Below, piece by piece: positions 40,673 to 52,133 of a stretch of 64,000 nucleotides of DNA. Both the position numbers and the translations under genes were made by a program. This stretch comes from an uncultured Chloroflexia bacterium (lineage in GTDB: Bacteria > Chloroflexota > UBA6077 > JACCZL01). Every line of letters starts with the position of its first letter. Within the stretch, counting starts at the first letter, position 1. The stretch is taken from assembly GCA_963765765.1 (NCBI GenBank), contig CAVXYC010000015.1, forward strand, positions 288,001 to 352,000, written 5' to 3'. A model generated the notes under the pieces. It searched no databases. It was not told the DNA's origin and saw nothing but the letters and a program-made list of their open reading frames with translations.

Positions 40673-43172
40673 TCAGTCCCGGCGGACTTTGAGGCGGTCG
40701 CCTAGCTCCGCGAATGTGGTTGCCCACTCCTGGGCGAGGGAGTCGCCGTTGGCGGCTTCCTCGTAGATAGTCGGCGCTGTTTGCTGGAGGACGCGGTAAT
40801 ACACGTTCTGCGCCTTCCAGACGTCGGCCTCAAACGGAAGCTGCTCGCCCAGCGCCACAAGGGCATTTAGACGGCCGAGTAGCTCTCGGTCGTCGGGCTG
40901 TTCGGAGAACGTTGTCGCCATTGTGTCCACGGCGCGTTTCATTGCGAATCGGAGGGAGACCGTGTCGAGCGAAAGCTGCCATTCTCTCGCGCGGGTCGTG
41001 AGCGCGTCAACGGCCTCCGAATCCAGCTCTTCCTGCTCCAGACATCGGCGCAGATCGGTATTTACGATGAGCTCCACGGCTGCGCGAAGCGGTTTGGGGA
41101 TTGGCGCACCCAGGCCCACCAGGAACCTGATGAGCGGCTCGTTGTGCTCTGCGATGCGGTGGTACTCGGTCTCTGTCTCGGACAGCGTCGTATCCAGAAT
41201 TCGATCCAGTACCTGGCGCTGCTCATCCCGGAAGAGCGATCGAAGTGAATACGCGCTCTCGCCAAAATGGCGATCGAAGACGCGTATGACCTCCGGAAGG
41301 TCTGCGCGCTCGAACGGCTCGGAGACCTCCTCGATGATCTTTTGATAGGACGCTTCGTTGGCGTACTCCACAACTCCCGCGCTGAGATTGTGATCGCCCA
41401 TATGCACCGCGCCAAAGGCAAAAAGCTCGGACTCCAGGCTGATGTGGGATGTGATTCGGGCCGATCCGACGCCCAGTGAGACACGGCCAGCCTCGCGGTG
41501 CTGAAAATCGACGAGCTCAGCATCGAACCCGTAGACCGTCGCCTGCTCCGGGTATTGTTGAAAGAGGGATCGCACCGCGTAGTGCGCTGCCACTTGCTTG
41601 AGATCCACTTTGGCCGGTCGAACAAATCGCTCGTAAATCTGTCGGCCGTTGCCCATCTCGGGGATATTGCTGCGAGCCCGCTCCAACATCGCGATGAATC
41701 GTCCCTCGAGGCTCTTTGAGGCAGCGGCCGCCCGCGTAGTCACAAATGGCGGCTCCAGAAGCTCGGCGAAGCGGGCATCGGAGTTGCTTGTAAAGATCTC
41801 ATCCGCAAGCTGAATCGCTCTCCCCGCGTACTGAATGACCTGAACCGGCTCAATTCCTGAGATCTCGTCAAAGAACCAGCCACAGCTCGTGTACATGAGC
41901 ATCGCGTGACGTTGGAGCTCCATGAGCTTCAGAACCGTGGTTGTCTCCGCTTTGTTTAAGCTGCGCTTCGCGTGGCGCATCAAAAAGTCGTCAATACAGT
42001 CAGATGACCGATCCATCATGACGCTGACGTAGTCGTCCCGGGCCGTCCAGGGATCGCGCAGATATTCGCTCGCGTGCTTCTCGAATTGCGGTCCCAGCGT
42101 GTCACGCAGCCAGTCCAGCGACTCGCGCAAGGGCCTTCGCCACTCCTGATTCCAGCCTGATTGTCCGCCGGTACTGCAGCCGCAGTTTGCCCGCCAGCGC
42201 TCTATACCGTGCGCGCAGCTCCAGGACGTGTTGTCGATGACCTCGGCTTCATAGGTCGGTGGGAACCGCTCCAGATACTCACCGTAGTTGGTGATTGTGG
42301 CAATGCCGTGGCTCTCGATGTATTCCAGCGCGTAGGCGAGCGCCATATCGCCGTGGGGATGGTGGTGGCCGTACGTCTCGCCGTCAGTAGCGATGTGGAC
42401 GAGCTGCGACCAATCACGGTTGTCGCTGAAACCAGTGCGCAGCCGTTGAGCAAAGACCTCGCCGCTACCGAGCAGGTTCTCGAAGGCCACCGCTTGAGAA
42501 ATCGGACCATCGTAGAAGAACACGGCGATGCTCTTGCCGCGCGGAAGCGCAACGCGATACGCACGGGTTGGGTCAACGCCGCCGGGCCCATGGTCTTCCC
42601 AGCTCTGCTTGCCGATTTGTCGCACGCGACCCGCTTGATACGGCGAGAGCACGGTGTATTTGATGCCATGCTCTGCCATGATCGAGAGGCTCTCGAGGTC
42701 GACGGCCGTTTCGGCCAGCCACATGCCCTCGGGCTTGCGTTTGAAACGATGCTCAAAGTCAGCAATGCCCCAGATGACCTGCGTCTCCTTGTCGCGGCGA
42801 TTTGCCAGGGGCAGGATCATGTGGTTATAGGCCTGGGCAATTGCGGATCCATGGCCGGAGAATCGCTCCTGGCTCTCCAGGTCCGCCTCAAGGATGGCTT
42901 GATAGACGTCCGGCGTCCTGTTCTTCCATCCAGCCCAGGAGCGTGGGGCCGATGTTGAAGCTGATGCGCGCATAGTTGTTGACTATTGAGGCGATGCGAC
43001 CATCGCCATCAAGTATGCGGGACGTCGCGTTGGGGCCATAGCACTCCGCGGTAATGCGCTCGTTCCAGTCGTGAAACGGGTACGCGGAATCTTGAAGCTC
43101 CACCGTTTCCAGCCAGGGATTCTCCCGTGGCGGCTGATAAAAGTGGCCGTGGATGCAAATAAATCGTTCCAT
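40673..43172 (-). CDS. GH57 family glycoside hydrolase with DUF3536; frameshift near 42925
   Basis: IHGHFYQPPRENPW, YNHMILPL, GMWLAETAVD, ATDGETYGHH, MYTSCGWFFD. Confidence 0.9.
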
Positions 43173-43303
43173 GATGATGACTTAGCGTTCCTGTCTAGAT
43201 GGGCCGAGCATGGGCCGGAATTCCAGTGCGCGCACCGGAGCACGTGTTCTTGGAGCAACGTCGTGCAGACGAAAAGAATTGCTCGGTTGAAGGGGCTACA
43301 CAG

Positions 43304-45256
43304 TTAAGTAGGCTCGTTGGCGACGGGTTTCAGGAATAGCGCTGCCAGAGGCGGCAATGTCAATAAAACTGAATGGGGCTGGCCATGTCGCGATTCGGAG
43401 CTGGCTTCAACAAAGCTCGCGTTCCCGAGGCCGCTTCCCCCGTAGATGTCGGCATCGCTGTTAAGGATCTCTCGCCAGGTGCCGGGCTGTGGAACCCCAA
43501 GCTGATAACCATGCCGCGGCACGGGTGTGAAATTGAACACCGCCACAACAACGTCTTCCGGACTTTCGCCAATGCGCATCCAGCTCAGTACGCTGTTGTT
43601 AATGTCGCCACCGTCGATCCAGGTGTAGCCGCCGGGCTCAAAATCACGTGCGTGCAGAGCGGTTGTCTCCTTGTACATGGCGTTCAGGTCCGTGAGCCAT
43701 TGCTGAACCCCTCGGTGCTGAGGGTACTCCAGCGCATGCCACTCTACGCTTGAATCGTGCCGCCATTCGCTCCACTGGCCAATCTCGTCGCCCATGAAGA
43801 GCAGCTTTTTGCCCGGTTGGCCATACATGTAGCCATAGAGCAGTCGAAGGTTGGCGAACTTTTGCCAGTCATCGCCGGGCATCTTGCTGAAGAGCGAGCC
43901 TTTGCCGTGGACCACCTCATCGTGTGATAGCGGTAGAACAAAGTTCTCTTGAAAGGCGTACACCATACGGAAAGTGATCTCGTTGTGGTGATACTGGCGA
44001 TAGATGGGCGCACGCGACATGTACTCGAGTGTGTCGTGCATCCAGCCCATGTCCCACTTCATACCGAAGCCCAGTCCGCCGGCATACGTGGGCCGTGACA
44101 CCATGGGCCAGGAGGTTGACTCCTCAGCCATGGTCTGCACATCCGGGAAGGTGCCGTAAACCTCTTCGTTGAGCCGGCGAAGAAAGGAGATCGCCTCGAG
44201 GTTCTCTCGTCCGCCGAACTCGTTGGGGATCCACTCGCCTTCTTTACGGGAGTAGTCGAGATAGAGCATGGAGGCCACGGCATCTACGCGCAGTCCGTCC
44301 GCATGGTACCGATCCAGCCAATAGAGCGCACTGCTCAACAAGAACGATCGCACCTCATTGCGACCATAATTGAAGATCAGGCTCTTCCAGTCCGGGTGGA
44401 AGCCTTTACGCTGGTCTTCATGCTCGTACAGATGTGTCCCGTCGAAATAGCCCAGGCCGTGTTCATCGGACGGAAAGTGCGATGGCACCCAGTCCAGTAT
44501 GACTCCGATCCCTCGTTGATGAAGACCATCGACCAGAGTCATGAAATCCTGGGGCGTTCCAAAGCGGCTTGATGGGGCAAAGTAGCCGGTGGTCTGATAG
44601 CCCCACGAGCCAAAGAATGGGTGCTCCATCACGGGCATAAGCTCCACGTGCGTGAAGCCGAGCTGCTCAACATAATCCGCGAGCTTTGTCGCCAGCTCCG
44701 CATAGTTGAGCGACCGGTTGCCATCATCGGGCACGCGCATCCACGATCCGAGATGCACTTCGTAGATGCTCATTGGAGCGCGGCCGCTATTGTGCTTGCC
44801 ACGCGATGACATCCAGTCGGTATCACGCCAGTCATAGGCTAGGTCCCAGACCACGGAGCCCGTTCGCGGCGGCATCTCGTGATACACGCCAAACGGATCA
44901 GCCTTCTCCACCCGGTAAGCCCTGTTTCGGGATGCCACGAAGTACTTGTAGATGGTGCCGGGCTGGATGTCCGGGATGAAGCCCTCCCAGATTCCGGATG
45001 ACCCGCGTGGACGTAACTCATGGCTGGTCCGATTCCAGCCATTGAAGTCGCCCATGACGTTGACGGCCTCGGCGTTCGGCGCCCACACCGCGAAATACAC
45101 GCCTTCAACCCCATCAACCGTGACGGGATGTGCCCCCAGGCGCTCATAGAGTCGTGAATGGTTGCCCTCATTGAACAGGTGCAGATCCACTTCACCGAGG
45201 AGGCTCGGAGACTTCCCGCTCAGTACTGGCTTGGTGCTATTTGTGCCTTGAGTCAC
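43304..45256 (-). CDS. glgB: 1,4-alpha-glucan branching enzyme
   Basis: FAVWAPNA, YEVHLGSW, SWGYQ, DWVPSHF, GLRVDAVASMLY, AEEST, LSHDEVVHGK. Confidence 0.97.
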   Translation of the reverse strand: MTQGTNSTKPVLSGKSPSLLGEVDLHLFNEGNHSRLYERLGAHPVTVDGVEGVYFAVWAPNAEAVNVMGDFNGWNRTSHELRPRGSSGIWEGFIPDIQPGTIYKYFVASRNRAYRVEKADPFGVYHEMPPRTGSVVWDLAYDWRDTDWMSSRGKHNSGRAPMSIYEVHLGSWMRVPDDGNRSLNYAELATKLADYVEQLGFTHVELMPVMEHPFFGSWGYQTTGYFAPSSRFGTPQDFMTLVDGLHQRGIGVILDWVPSHFPSDEHGLGYFDGTHLYEHEDQRKGFHPDWKSLIFNYGRNEVRSFLLSSALYWLDRYHADGLRVDAVASMLYLDYSRKEGEWIPNEFGGRENLEAISFLRRLNEEVYGTFPDVQTMAEESTSWPMVSRPTYAGGLGFGMKWDMGWMHDTLEYMSRAPIYRQYHHNEITFRMVYAFQENFVLPLSHDEVVHGKGSLFSKMPGDDWQKFANLRLLYGYMYGQPGKKLLFMGDEIGQWSEWRHDSSVEWHALEYPQHRGVQQWLTDLNAMYKETTALHARDFEPGGYTWIDGGDINNSVLSWMRIGESPEDVVVAVFNFTPVPRHGYQLGVPQPGTWREILNSDADIYGGSGLGNASFVEASSESRHGQPHSVLLTLPPLAALFLKPVANEPT

Positions 45257-47370
45257 GATGTTCCCGTCTGACGCGCTCGATGAATCATGTTGAGCGTACC
45301 GAGTACGTCCTGATTCGATTTGAACTCTTCCATGGAATAGCGGGCTTTACGCCGCCAGTTCTCCCAATCATCGCCCGTACCGGGGACGTTCTGTGGCTCA
45401 CGCTCGAGCCAGAGATCCTCTAGCGTGACCATCAAGACCTGCGCAGGGCCGGCGGCGAGTCGCTCCAGTATGCCCTGAAGCGCCACCATCGCTGAGTCGG
45501 CGCCTTCAAGAACCTGCGCTTTGCCCAGAAATCTGAGGAGCGCCTGCTCGAGATGGGCCCGCTCTTCGCGTCGTTCTCTAAAATCATCATCGTCTATGAG
45601 CTCGAGCCGGCGCATAATTTCGATGTCCAGCCCATCCCAGAAGCCGCCGAAAAGCACCGTATCATGAGTATTCACGCTGGCCATTGAAGTCGCCGGCGCG
45701 GGCGGTAAAGCCTTCTCAACTGGGGATGACATTTCAAATTGCGCTACATACATGCGCAGGAAGTCATGTTCTGTCATGGCGGCCCGGACCGACTCCGGTA
45801 CGGTCCCGAGATCTTCCCCAACAATCGGGCACTGGAAGCGACGCGACTCTAGAGCAAGAATCGCGTACATCTCGTCAGGCGCGAATCGAACGTAGACACC
45901 ATCTTGAGCGCCCATGCCTTGCGGGATCCAGAACAGGCGCATGAGACCCATGACGTGATCGATGCGCAATGCACCCGCAAAGCGCAGGTGATTGCGTATT
46001 GCGTCGATGAAGTAGCTGTATCCCTGGTCGCGGATGGCCTGAGGCTGCATGGGCGGAAAGCCCCAGTTCTGTCCGCCGGTAAAGAACATATCGGGTGGCG
46101 CCCCCACCGATATGCCGTTTGCAAACGAGGCTCGCTCGCGCCACGTGTCGTACGAGTCGGGATGCACCCCCAGTGGAAAATCGAGGTACAGCCTGGCTCC
46201 CACTTCGCGGGAGCGGTCAGCCAGCCGATTGATCTGCTGGAAGAGCTGCCATTGCGCGTACAGATGGTAGCGTTGCCGAGCGGGGTCGAAGTCGCTTACC
46301 TCGATCCGCCCGTCGCGGGGGCCGTCCGGCCAGACGATCCAGCCGGATCGCTGTCGTTCTTGAACAGCGCGGAATTGGGCGTAGTCGTTCGCTCGAGGCT
46401 GTCTGGCAAGAAACGCTTGGAAGCCCGAATCGCGTTCTCCGCCTCGCTCGAAGAAGCACGCTGAAAGCGGCTCGAGCACTGCGCGCTGACCCTCAGACCA
46501 CGCCCGATAGTCGACGTGATTGACGTGGTTTTGCGAAGACAACCGGGGCTGGTTGGCTAGCAGCGACTGCGCGGCCGGGCAGCTCGCCAGCTCGGGAATC
46601 TGCTCGAGGTCCAGGAAGAGCTCGTTCCAGAACAGTCGCGAGGCTGGTGAATACGGGCTCGGATCGAACGGCTCATCCAGAAACGTGGCCAGCAGCGGCA
46701 GGGTGCCTACCAGCGACCCGCCCATTCTGGCGGTCCACGAAGTGAATTCTTCGAGATCGCTGAGCGTGCCACCCCATCGGCTATGCCGCGAGCGGAGCGC
46801 GTGGAGCGGCATGAAGACGCCCCATCGACGCGCCTGATCGCTATCAGCGGCGTATGTCCATGCCGTCTTCGGCGCGCTGATGATACGTGACTCATCGCGG
46901 CGTCCGTCGATTTCGACGCTGAACCGGTGGTAACCCATCGGCATGTCCTGGAGCTGACCTAGCTCTTTGACGAGATACAGCGCACCGTCAACTTCCGCGG
47001 TTTCAATCGTTGTCAGATCGGAGAGCGTGACGCTCCAGGGGTGTTGGCTGCCGTTCTCGAGCCGGAGCACGCAGGCACACCGCGATCGCTCGAGACTGGC
47101 CGGGATTCGAAGGGTGGTGCTGGATGAGCGACCGCCCCAGGCGATCAGCACGGGCTCCAGGCGGCGCGACCAGCGATCGATCTGTCGCTCCCGCAGTGCG
47201 CTGGGCGCGTCGGCGGGCGAGCCCAGAGGCGCGCCAAGTGATTGCAGCACCTTGATGAGCGCATCATCGGGCGCTGAACGCTCAGCGCCCCAGATATCGC
47301 GGTAGGTTGTGTCGATCCCGTAAGTCGTAGCGAGCGCGGCGAGCCCGGGATCGTTTGCAGATGTTCTCAT
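45253..47370 (-). CDS. malQ: 4-alpha-glucanotransferase (amylomaltase)
   Basis: SPYSPASR, GAPPD..GQNWGFPP, LRIDHVMG, GEDLG, NTHD, NVPGT..NWRRK. Confidence 0.95.
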   Translation of the reverse strand: MRTSANDPGLAALATTYGIDTTYRDIWGAERSAPDDALIKVLQSLGAPLGSPADAPSALRERQIDRWSRRLEPVLIAWGGRSSSTTLRIPASLERSRCACVLRLENGSQHPWSVTLSDLTTIETAEVDGALYLVKELGQLQDMPMGYHRFSVEIDGRRDESRIISAPKTAWTYAADSDQARRWGVFMPLHALRSRHSRWGGTLSDLEEFTSWTARMGGSLVGTLPLLATFLDEPFDPSPYSPASRLFWNELFLDLEQIPELASCPAAQSLLANQPRLSSQNHVNHVDYRAWSEGQRAVLEPLSACFFERGGERDSGFQAFLARQPRANDYAQFRAVQERQRSGWIVWPDGPRDGRIEVSDFDPARQRYHLYAQWQLFQQINRLADRSREVGARLYLDFPLGVHPDSYDTWRERASFANGISVGAPPDMFFTGGQNWGFPPMQPQAIRDQGYSYFIDAIRNHLRFAGALRIDHVMGLMRLFWIPQGMGAQDGVYVRFAPDEMYAILALESRRFQCPIVGEDLGTVPESVRAAMTEHDFLRMYVAQFEMSSPVEKALPPAPATSMASVNTHDTVLFGGFWDGLDIEIMRRLELIDDDDFRERREERAHLEQALLRFLGKAQVLEGADSAMVALQGILERLAAGPAQVLMVTLEDLWLEREPQNVPGTGDDWENWRRKARYSMEEFKSNQDVLGTLNMIHRARQTGTS

Positions 47371-47444
47371 CAAGGGTGGCTCAGCGTTCCAATTTGGCCC
47401 GGCAAGAAACGAGAGCGGCTTCATCGGTCTCAGGAGACCTATGA

Positions 47445-47540
47445 AGCGCGGTGGATTGTGCCCCGCGAAATTCTGCTGTTCGAGCGTGCAGACGAGGCCG
47501 AGGAGTGCGGTTCCGCGGGGCACAAGACCACCGCGCTACG
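47445..47540. repeat. REPIN-like element of the 9196 family between glgE and malQ
   Basis: AGCGCGGTGGATTGTGCCCCGCG ... CGCGGGGCACAAGACCACCGCGCTACG. Confidence 0.8.
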
Positions 47541-49533
47541 GGCCCTCCGCGGCGCTTTGCCGCACATGCAGAATGTGCGCCGGAGTGACGGCGGGATCCA
47601 GCTCGACATAATTGCGGGATCCGTGCCAGGCGTATGTGTCGCCGGAGAGCAGGTCGGTTACCGAGAACCCTGCGCTGGACGAAAGTCCAAGCGCATTGAG
47701 ATCGAGGTCGAGCCAACCTGCCTGCTTGTAGGTCGGATCGAGATTGACCACCATAAGGATGACGTCGTCGTCGGATGATTTCGAGTAGGTGAGAAACTGC
47801 TCGTTGTCGGAGTTGTGGAATCGCAGGGTATCGTTGGATTGAAGCGCCGGATGTGCTCGGCGAATCGCGTTGACCTGACGGATGAGCGGCGCCAGGCTCC
47901 TGGGATCGTTCAAGTTCCAGTGACGAATCTCATACTTCTCGGAGCTCAGATACTCTTCTCGCCCTGCTTCCAGCGGCAGATGCTCCTGAAGCTCGAAGGC
48001 AGGTCCATAAATCCCATAGCTCGCTCCTAATGTGGCTGCCAGGACAAAGCGCGAGGCGAACACGGAGCGCTCCCCAGTCTGAAGCTGCCCGGTCAGAATG
48101 TCCGGGGTGTTGGGCCAGAAATTAGGGCGGAAGTATTGAGCTACGCCCGTCTGGGTGAGCTCCGTCAAATACTCGGTCAGCTCATATCGGCCGAACCGCC
48201 AGGCGAAGTACGTATAGGACTGGGTGAATCCTAGCTTTGCCAGGCGATACATGACTTTTGGACGAGTGAATGCTTCGGATAGAAAGATTACATCGGGACA
48301 CTCGCGCTTTACTTCCGCGATGACCCATTCCCAGAAGGGGAACGCCTTGGTATGAGGATTGTCCACGCGGAAGATGCTGATTCCCTGCTTGACCCAGTAG
48401 AGCAAGACGTCGCGGAGCTCGGTCCACAGTCCGGCCCAATTTTCTGACTCGAAGTCGAACGGGTAGATATCCTGGTACTTCTTCGGCGGATTCTCGGCGT
48501 ACTGGATCGTGCCGTCTGGCCGACTTCGAAACCACTCCGGATGCTGGCGGACGTAGGGATGATCGGGAGAGCACTGGAACGCCATATCGAGCGCGATCTC
48601 TACGCCGAGCTCACGAGCTGACGCGATCAGGCGTTTGAATTCGTCCAGATCTCCGAGCTGGGGATGGATCGCGGTGTGGCCACCTTGCTCTGAGCCGATG
48701 CCCCAGGGACTGCCAGGATCGGTTGGGGCGGCCGTGGTGTTGTTGTTCTTGCCCTTGCGGTGCGCCAGCCCGATGGGATGGATCGGCGGCAGGTAGAGCA
48801 CGTCGAATCCCAGAGACGCGACATACGGCAGCCGCGCTTCTACGTCCTTAAACGTACCGTGCTTTCCAGGCTCTGTTGCCGTGGAGCGGGGGAACAGCTC
48901 GTACCAGGTGCTGAATCGAGCTCGTTCGCGATCGACGCTGACGCGGAGCTCGCGAGTGTGGGTGGTGGAATCGCACAGCTTCGGATACTGACTCATCTGC
49001 GCGTATAGCTCGGGACTCAGCGCCGTTGTAGCGGCCGCTCTACCGCCCTTAGCGACGCGATCGGCGAATCGACGCAGCTTTGTCGCATCCACGTCAGATG
49101 CGCGAGACGCCGCATCCTCGATGAGACTGGCGCCAATTTGAAGATCGACCGTGAGATCCTGTCGCGCCTCAAGTCGTTTGGCAAGGTCATGCGACCACGT
49201 TCCGAACGTGTCGATCCAGCCACGCACGGTATAGACGTAGTCTTCGGGGCGATCGATCTCGAACGAGCCGCGCCAGCGGTCGTTGCCCATCGCCGGCATG
49301 CGCGCCTCGCACCATTCAGTCTGGCTGACCGGGCGAAAGAGCACCGCGGCGGCGACCTCGTCGTGACCATCCGCGAAGACGTCGGCTTCAACTGTCACCC
49401 GTTCGCCGGCGGTTCGCTTTATCGGGAATCTGCCCGCGTCGATCTCAGGATGCACCGCCTCGATGGCGACGCGCTTGCGTCCATCGAGAAGCGATTTAGC
49501 CTTTCGGCGACTGGAAGTGCGATTGACGGCCAT
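47536..49533 (-). CDS. glgE: Alpha-1,4-glucan:maltose-1-phosphate maltosyltransferase
   Basis: FADGHD, WYELFPRS, YLPPIHPIG, QCSPDHP, YAENPPKKYQDIY, FRVDNPHTK, NTPDIL, SEKYE. Confidence 0.97.
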   Translation of the reverse strand: MAVNRTSSRRKAKSLLDGRKRVAIEAVHPEIDAGRFPIKRTAGERVTVEADVFADGHDEVAAAVLFRPVSQTEWCEARMPAMGNDRWRGSFEIDRPEDYVYTVRGWIDTFGTWSHDLAKRLEARQDLTVDLQIGASLIEDAASRASDVDATKLRRFADRVAKGGRAAATTALSPELYAQMSQYPKLCDSTTHTRELRVSVDRERARFSTWYELFPRSTATEPGKHGTFKDVEARLPYVASLGFDVLYLPPIHPIGLAHRKGKNNNTTAAPTDPGSPWGIGSEQGGHTAIHPQLGDLDEFKRLIASARELGVEIALDMAFQCSPDHPYVRQHPEWFRSRPDGTIQYAENPPKKYQDIYPFDFESENWAGLWTELRDVLLYWVKQGISIFRVDNPHTKAFPFWEWVIAEVKRECPDVIFLSEAFTRPKVMYRLAKLGFTQSYTYFAWRFGRYELTEYLTELTQTGVAQYFRPNFWPNTPDILTGQLQTGERSVFASRFVLAATLGASYGIYGPAFELQEHLPLEAGREEYLSSEKYEIRHWNLNDPRSLAPLIRQVNAIRRAHPALQSNDTLRFHNSDNEQFLTYSKSSDDDVILMVVNLDPTYKQAGWLDLDLNALGLSSSAGFSVTDLLSGDTYAWHGSRNYVELDPAVTPAHILHVRQSAAEGP

Positions 49534-49667
49534 AGATCAAATCATACCGAAGGGAATTTGTCAGGACTGCCGTGAAATGAGCGCCCGTCGTTGACTCGAT
49601 TGCCACTACGTCTCAGCACCTAGATTAGGTATCGACACTCTGGAGTCGCGGATTCAAGTAGTTCCGT

Positions 49668-51912
49668 TCACGTTTGCTGGTGGAGCGCCTCGTGAACGCG
49701 CTCGGCAGAAACGGGGAGCGTATAAACTCGTGCGCCACAGGCACGGGCGACCGCATTGGCGACCGCGGCAGGTATCGGAACGTTGCTCAGCTCCGCCACC
49801 GCCTTGGCTTCGTATGGACCGGGGCCGGTCGAGCCTTCTACGAACACGCTCACCAGCTCCGGCAGGTCTGTAGTAACGGGCAGCTTGTAATCGCCAAGAT
49901 GGCTTGCGGTGGGGCGACCATCCTCGCGGGCGAGGTCTTCCATCAATGCGTGCCCCAGTCCTTGAATCGTGGCTCCGTCGATCTGCGCCTGGAGCAGTGA
50001 CGGATTGATCGCGGTCCCCACGTCATGCACCGCGGTGATCTTGAGTGGCGTGACGCGACCGGTCTCCGGATCCACTTCGACATCCACCGCGTAGGCCACG
50101 ATACACGACTCGGATGCTTTTTGATCTCGGGTGGGCCCGCCAGATGTGCCTTCCAACGTGCCACCGGCTCGGTTCGCGGCATCCGACGCGACATCCTGTA
50201 CAGGTACATTGAGCCCGGCGTGACCACGCACCTGGAACGCCTGTCCAACGAGCTCCAGGTCTTCCGTTGAGCATTCCAGCCTCTCCGCCGCGATGGGGCG
50301 AAGCTGGTTCATGATCTTGCCAGAGGCTTCTACCGAAGCAACCGTGAGACTGTAGGTATGCTTGCTACCGCCCATTCCCGCGTCGGGTGGAGCGTCGTTC
50401 GTGTTACCACCGATGACTGTTACAGCTTCGAGGGGCAGATGCAGCTCCTCAGCAAGCACCTGGCGCATCACCGTGAGTGCGCCGGTGCCGCAATCGACGA
50501 TACCGGACAACGCGGTCGCCGAACCGTCATCGTGGACGGTGATGACCAGGCCGCTTTCGCCAGCGCCAATGCCGCGCTCGCTGACGGCCATACCCCTGCC
50601 CTGGTTTGGTCCCATGGGCGAATCCCATCCGGATACGTCCCGAAGCCGCTCAAGAGTCTCGCGGGTCATGACGCCTTCAAACGTGCCGTTGTGGGGCCAG
50701 ACGTCCTCAGTGCGAATCGCATTCTTGATGCGGAGATCGAGCGGGTCCATTCCTAACGCCTCTGCGATGAGGTCGATCTGCGACTCGCCGGCAAACACGA
50801 CTTGTGGCTGAGCGGGCGCTCGGGCCACCCCGCCGGGGGTGTTGTTGGTGTAAACGAACTCAGCAGTGATCCGAGTATTAGGGATTCTGTAGGGGCCCAA
50901 TGCTCGCGCCACGGATGGAAGGATGACCTGCGGGGTGGGCTTGTATGCACCGTAAGCGCCGCCATCCATGATGATTCGCGCCGATCGAGCGACGATCGTC
51001 CCATCGCGGTTGACACCCGTCTTCACGGTGGTGACCGATGCGTGCCGCGGCCCTCCTGCTAGCAGCTCTTCCGATGAAGTCGGCACGTATTTCACTGGCC
51101 GGTCTGTGGCCCGGGCGAGGGCGTGGAGCGCACGGCTCCAGGCCCACACTCCCCTTGGCGCCAAACGAGCCTCCAACCGGCGTGGACTCAACGATGACCT
51201 CATCAGTAGTTAAGCCCAGCAGCTTCGCCAGAAGATTGCGCAGACCGTACGGTGACTGACAGCTACTCCAGACGTGCACCGTGCCATCGGTCGCCACATT
51301 GACCATGCAGGCGCGCGGCTCGATGTACCCCTGGTGCATAGTGGACGTGCGAAAGGTATGCTCGAAGACGAGCTCCGCCTCAGCGAAGCCTTCCTCAACG
51401 TCACCCTTTTTGATGTTCGTGAAGCCTTGAAGGTTGGGCGTGTCTGGCAGCTCGGGGGCGCCCGCGTAGCTGGAGCGATCGGGATGGAGAATCTCGGCGG
51501 ATTCGCTCATCGCGGATTCAACGTCGAACACCGACGGGAGCTCTTCGAGGTCGACCCGGATGAGGCCGAGCGCTGCTTCAGCGGAATCGGCATCCTGAGC
51601 GGCAATGACGGCAATAGGCTCGCCGACAAATCGGATGCGATCGGTGGCGAGAACTGGCATATCCCGAATGGCTGCACCGGTGCACAAGCCGCCGAGATCC
51701 TTGCCGGTCACCACGGCTTCCACGCCTGCCAGCGCCAGCGCCGCCGAAGTATCAATTCCTTTGATGACCGCGTGCGGAACGGTGCTTCGCAGGACGCGCG
51801 CGCTAAGCACGCCGGGCAGTGTCACGTCTACCGTGTAGCGGGCTCCGCCGGTGACCTTGGGCCGTCCTTCGATGCGTGGAACACTCGTCCCAACGACGCT
51901 CAATGTTGGCAT
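49668..51912 (-). CDS. Xanthine dehydrogenase family molybdopterin-binding subunit; frameshift near 51130
   Basis: KVTGGARY, HQGYIEP, VGGSFGAKG, MDPLDLRIKN, DVGTAINP, AKAVAE. Confidence 0.9.
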
Positions 51913-52133
51913 GCTGATTCACCCCTCCGTCGTGCGCTTCCTGACCTTCGATTCTTGGTGTCCGGAATCACACCCATCAACGCGAAGATTGTCTCATAAT
52001 GGGCACCGTGAGAGTGACGAGCGAGATTCATTGTGCTTATTGACCATGGTCGGACTAAGCGCGGGATAGATAGCATGAATTGCGTGGATCTCGGCATGTG
52101 CTGGCTATTTCCCATGGTCACGGGGTGTAAATA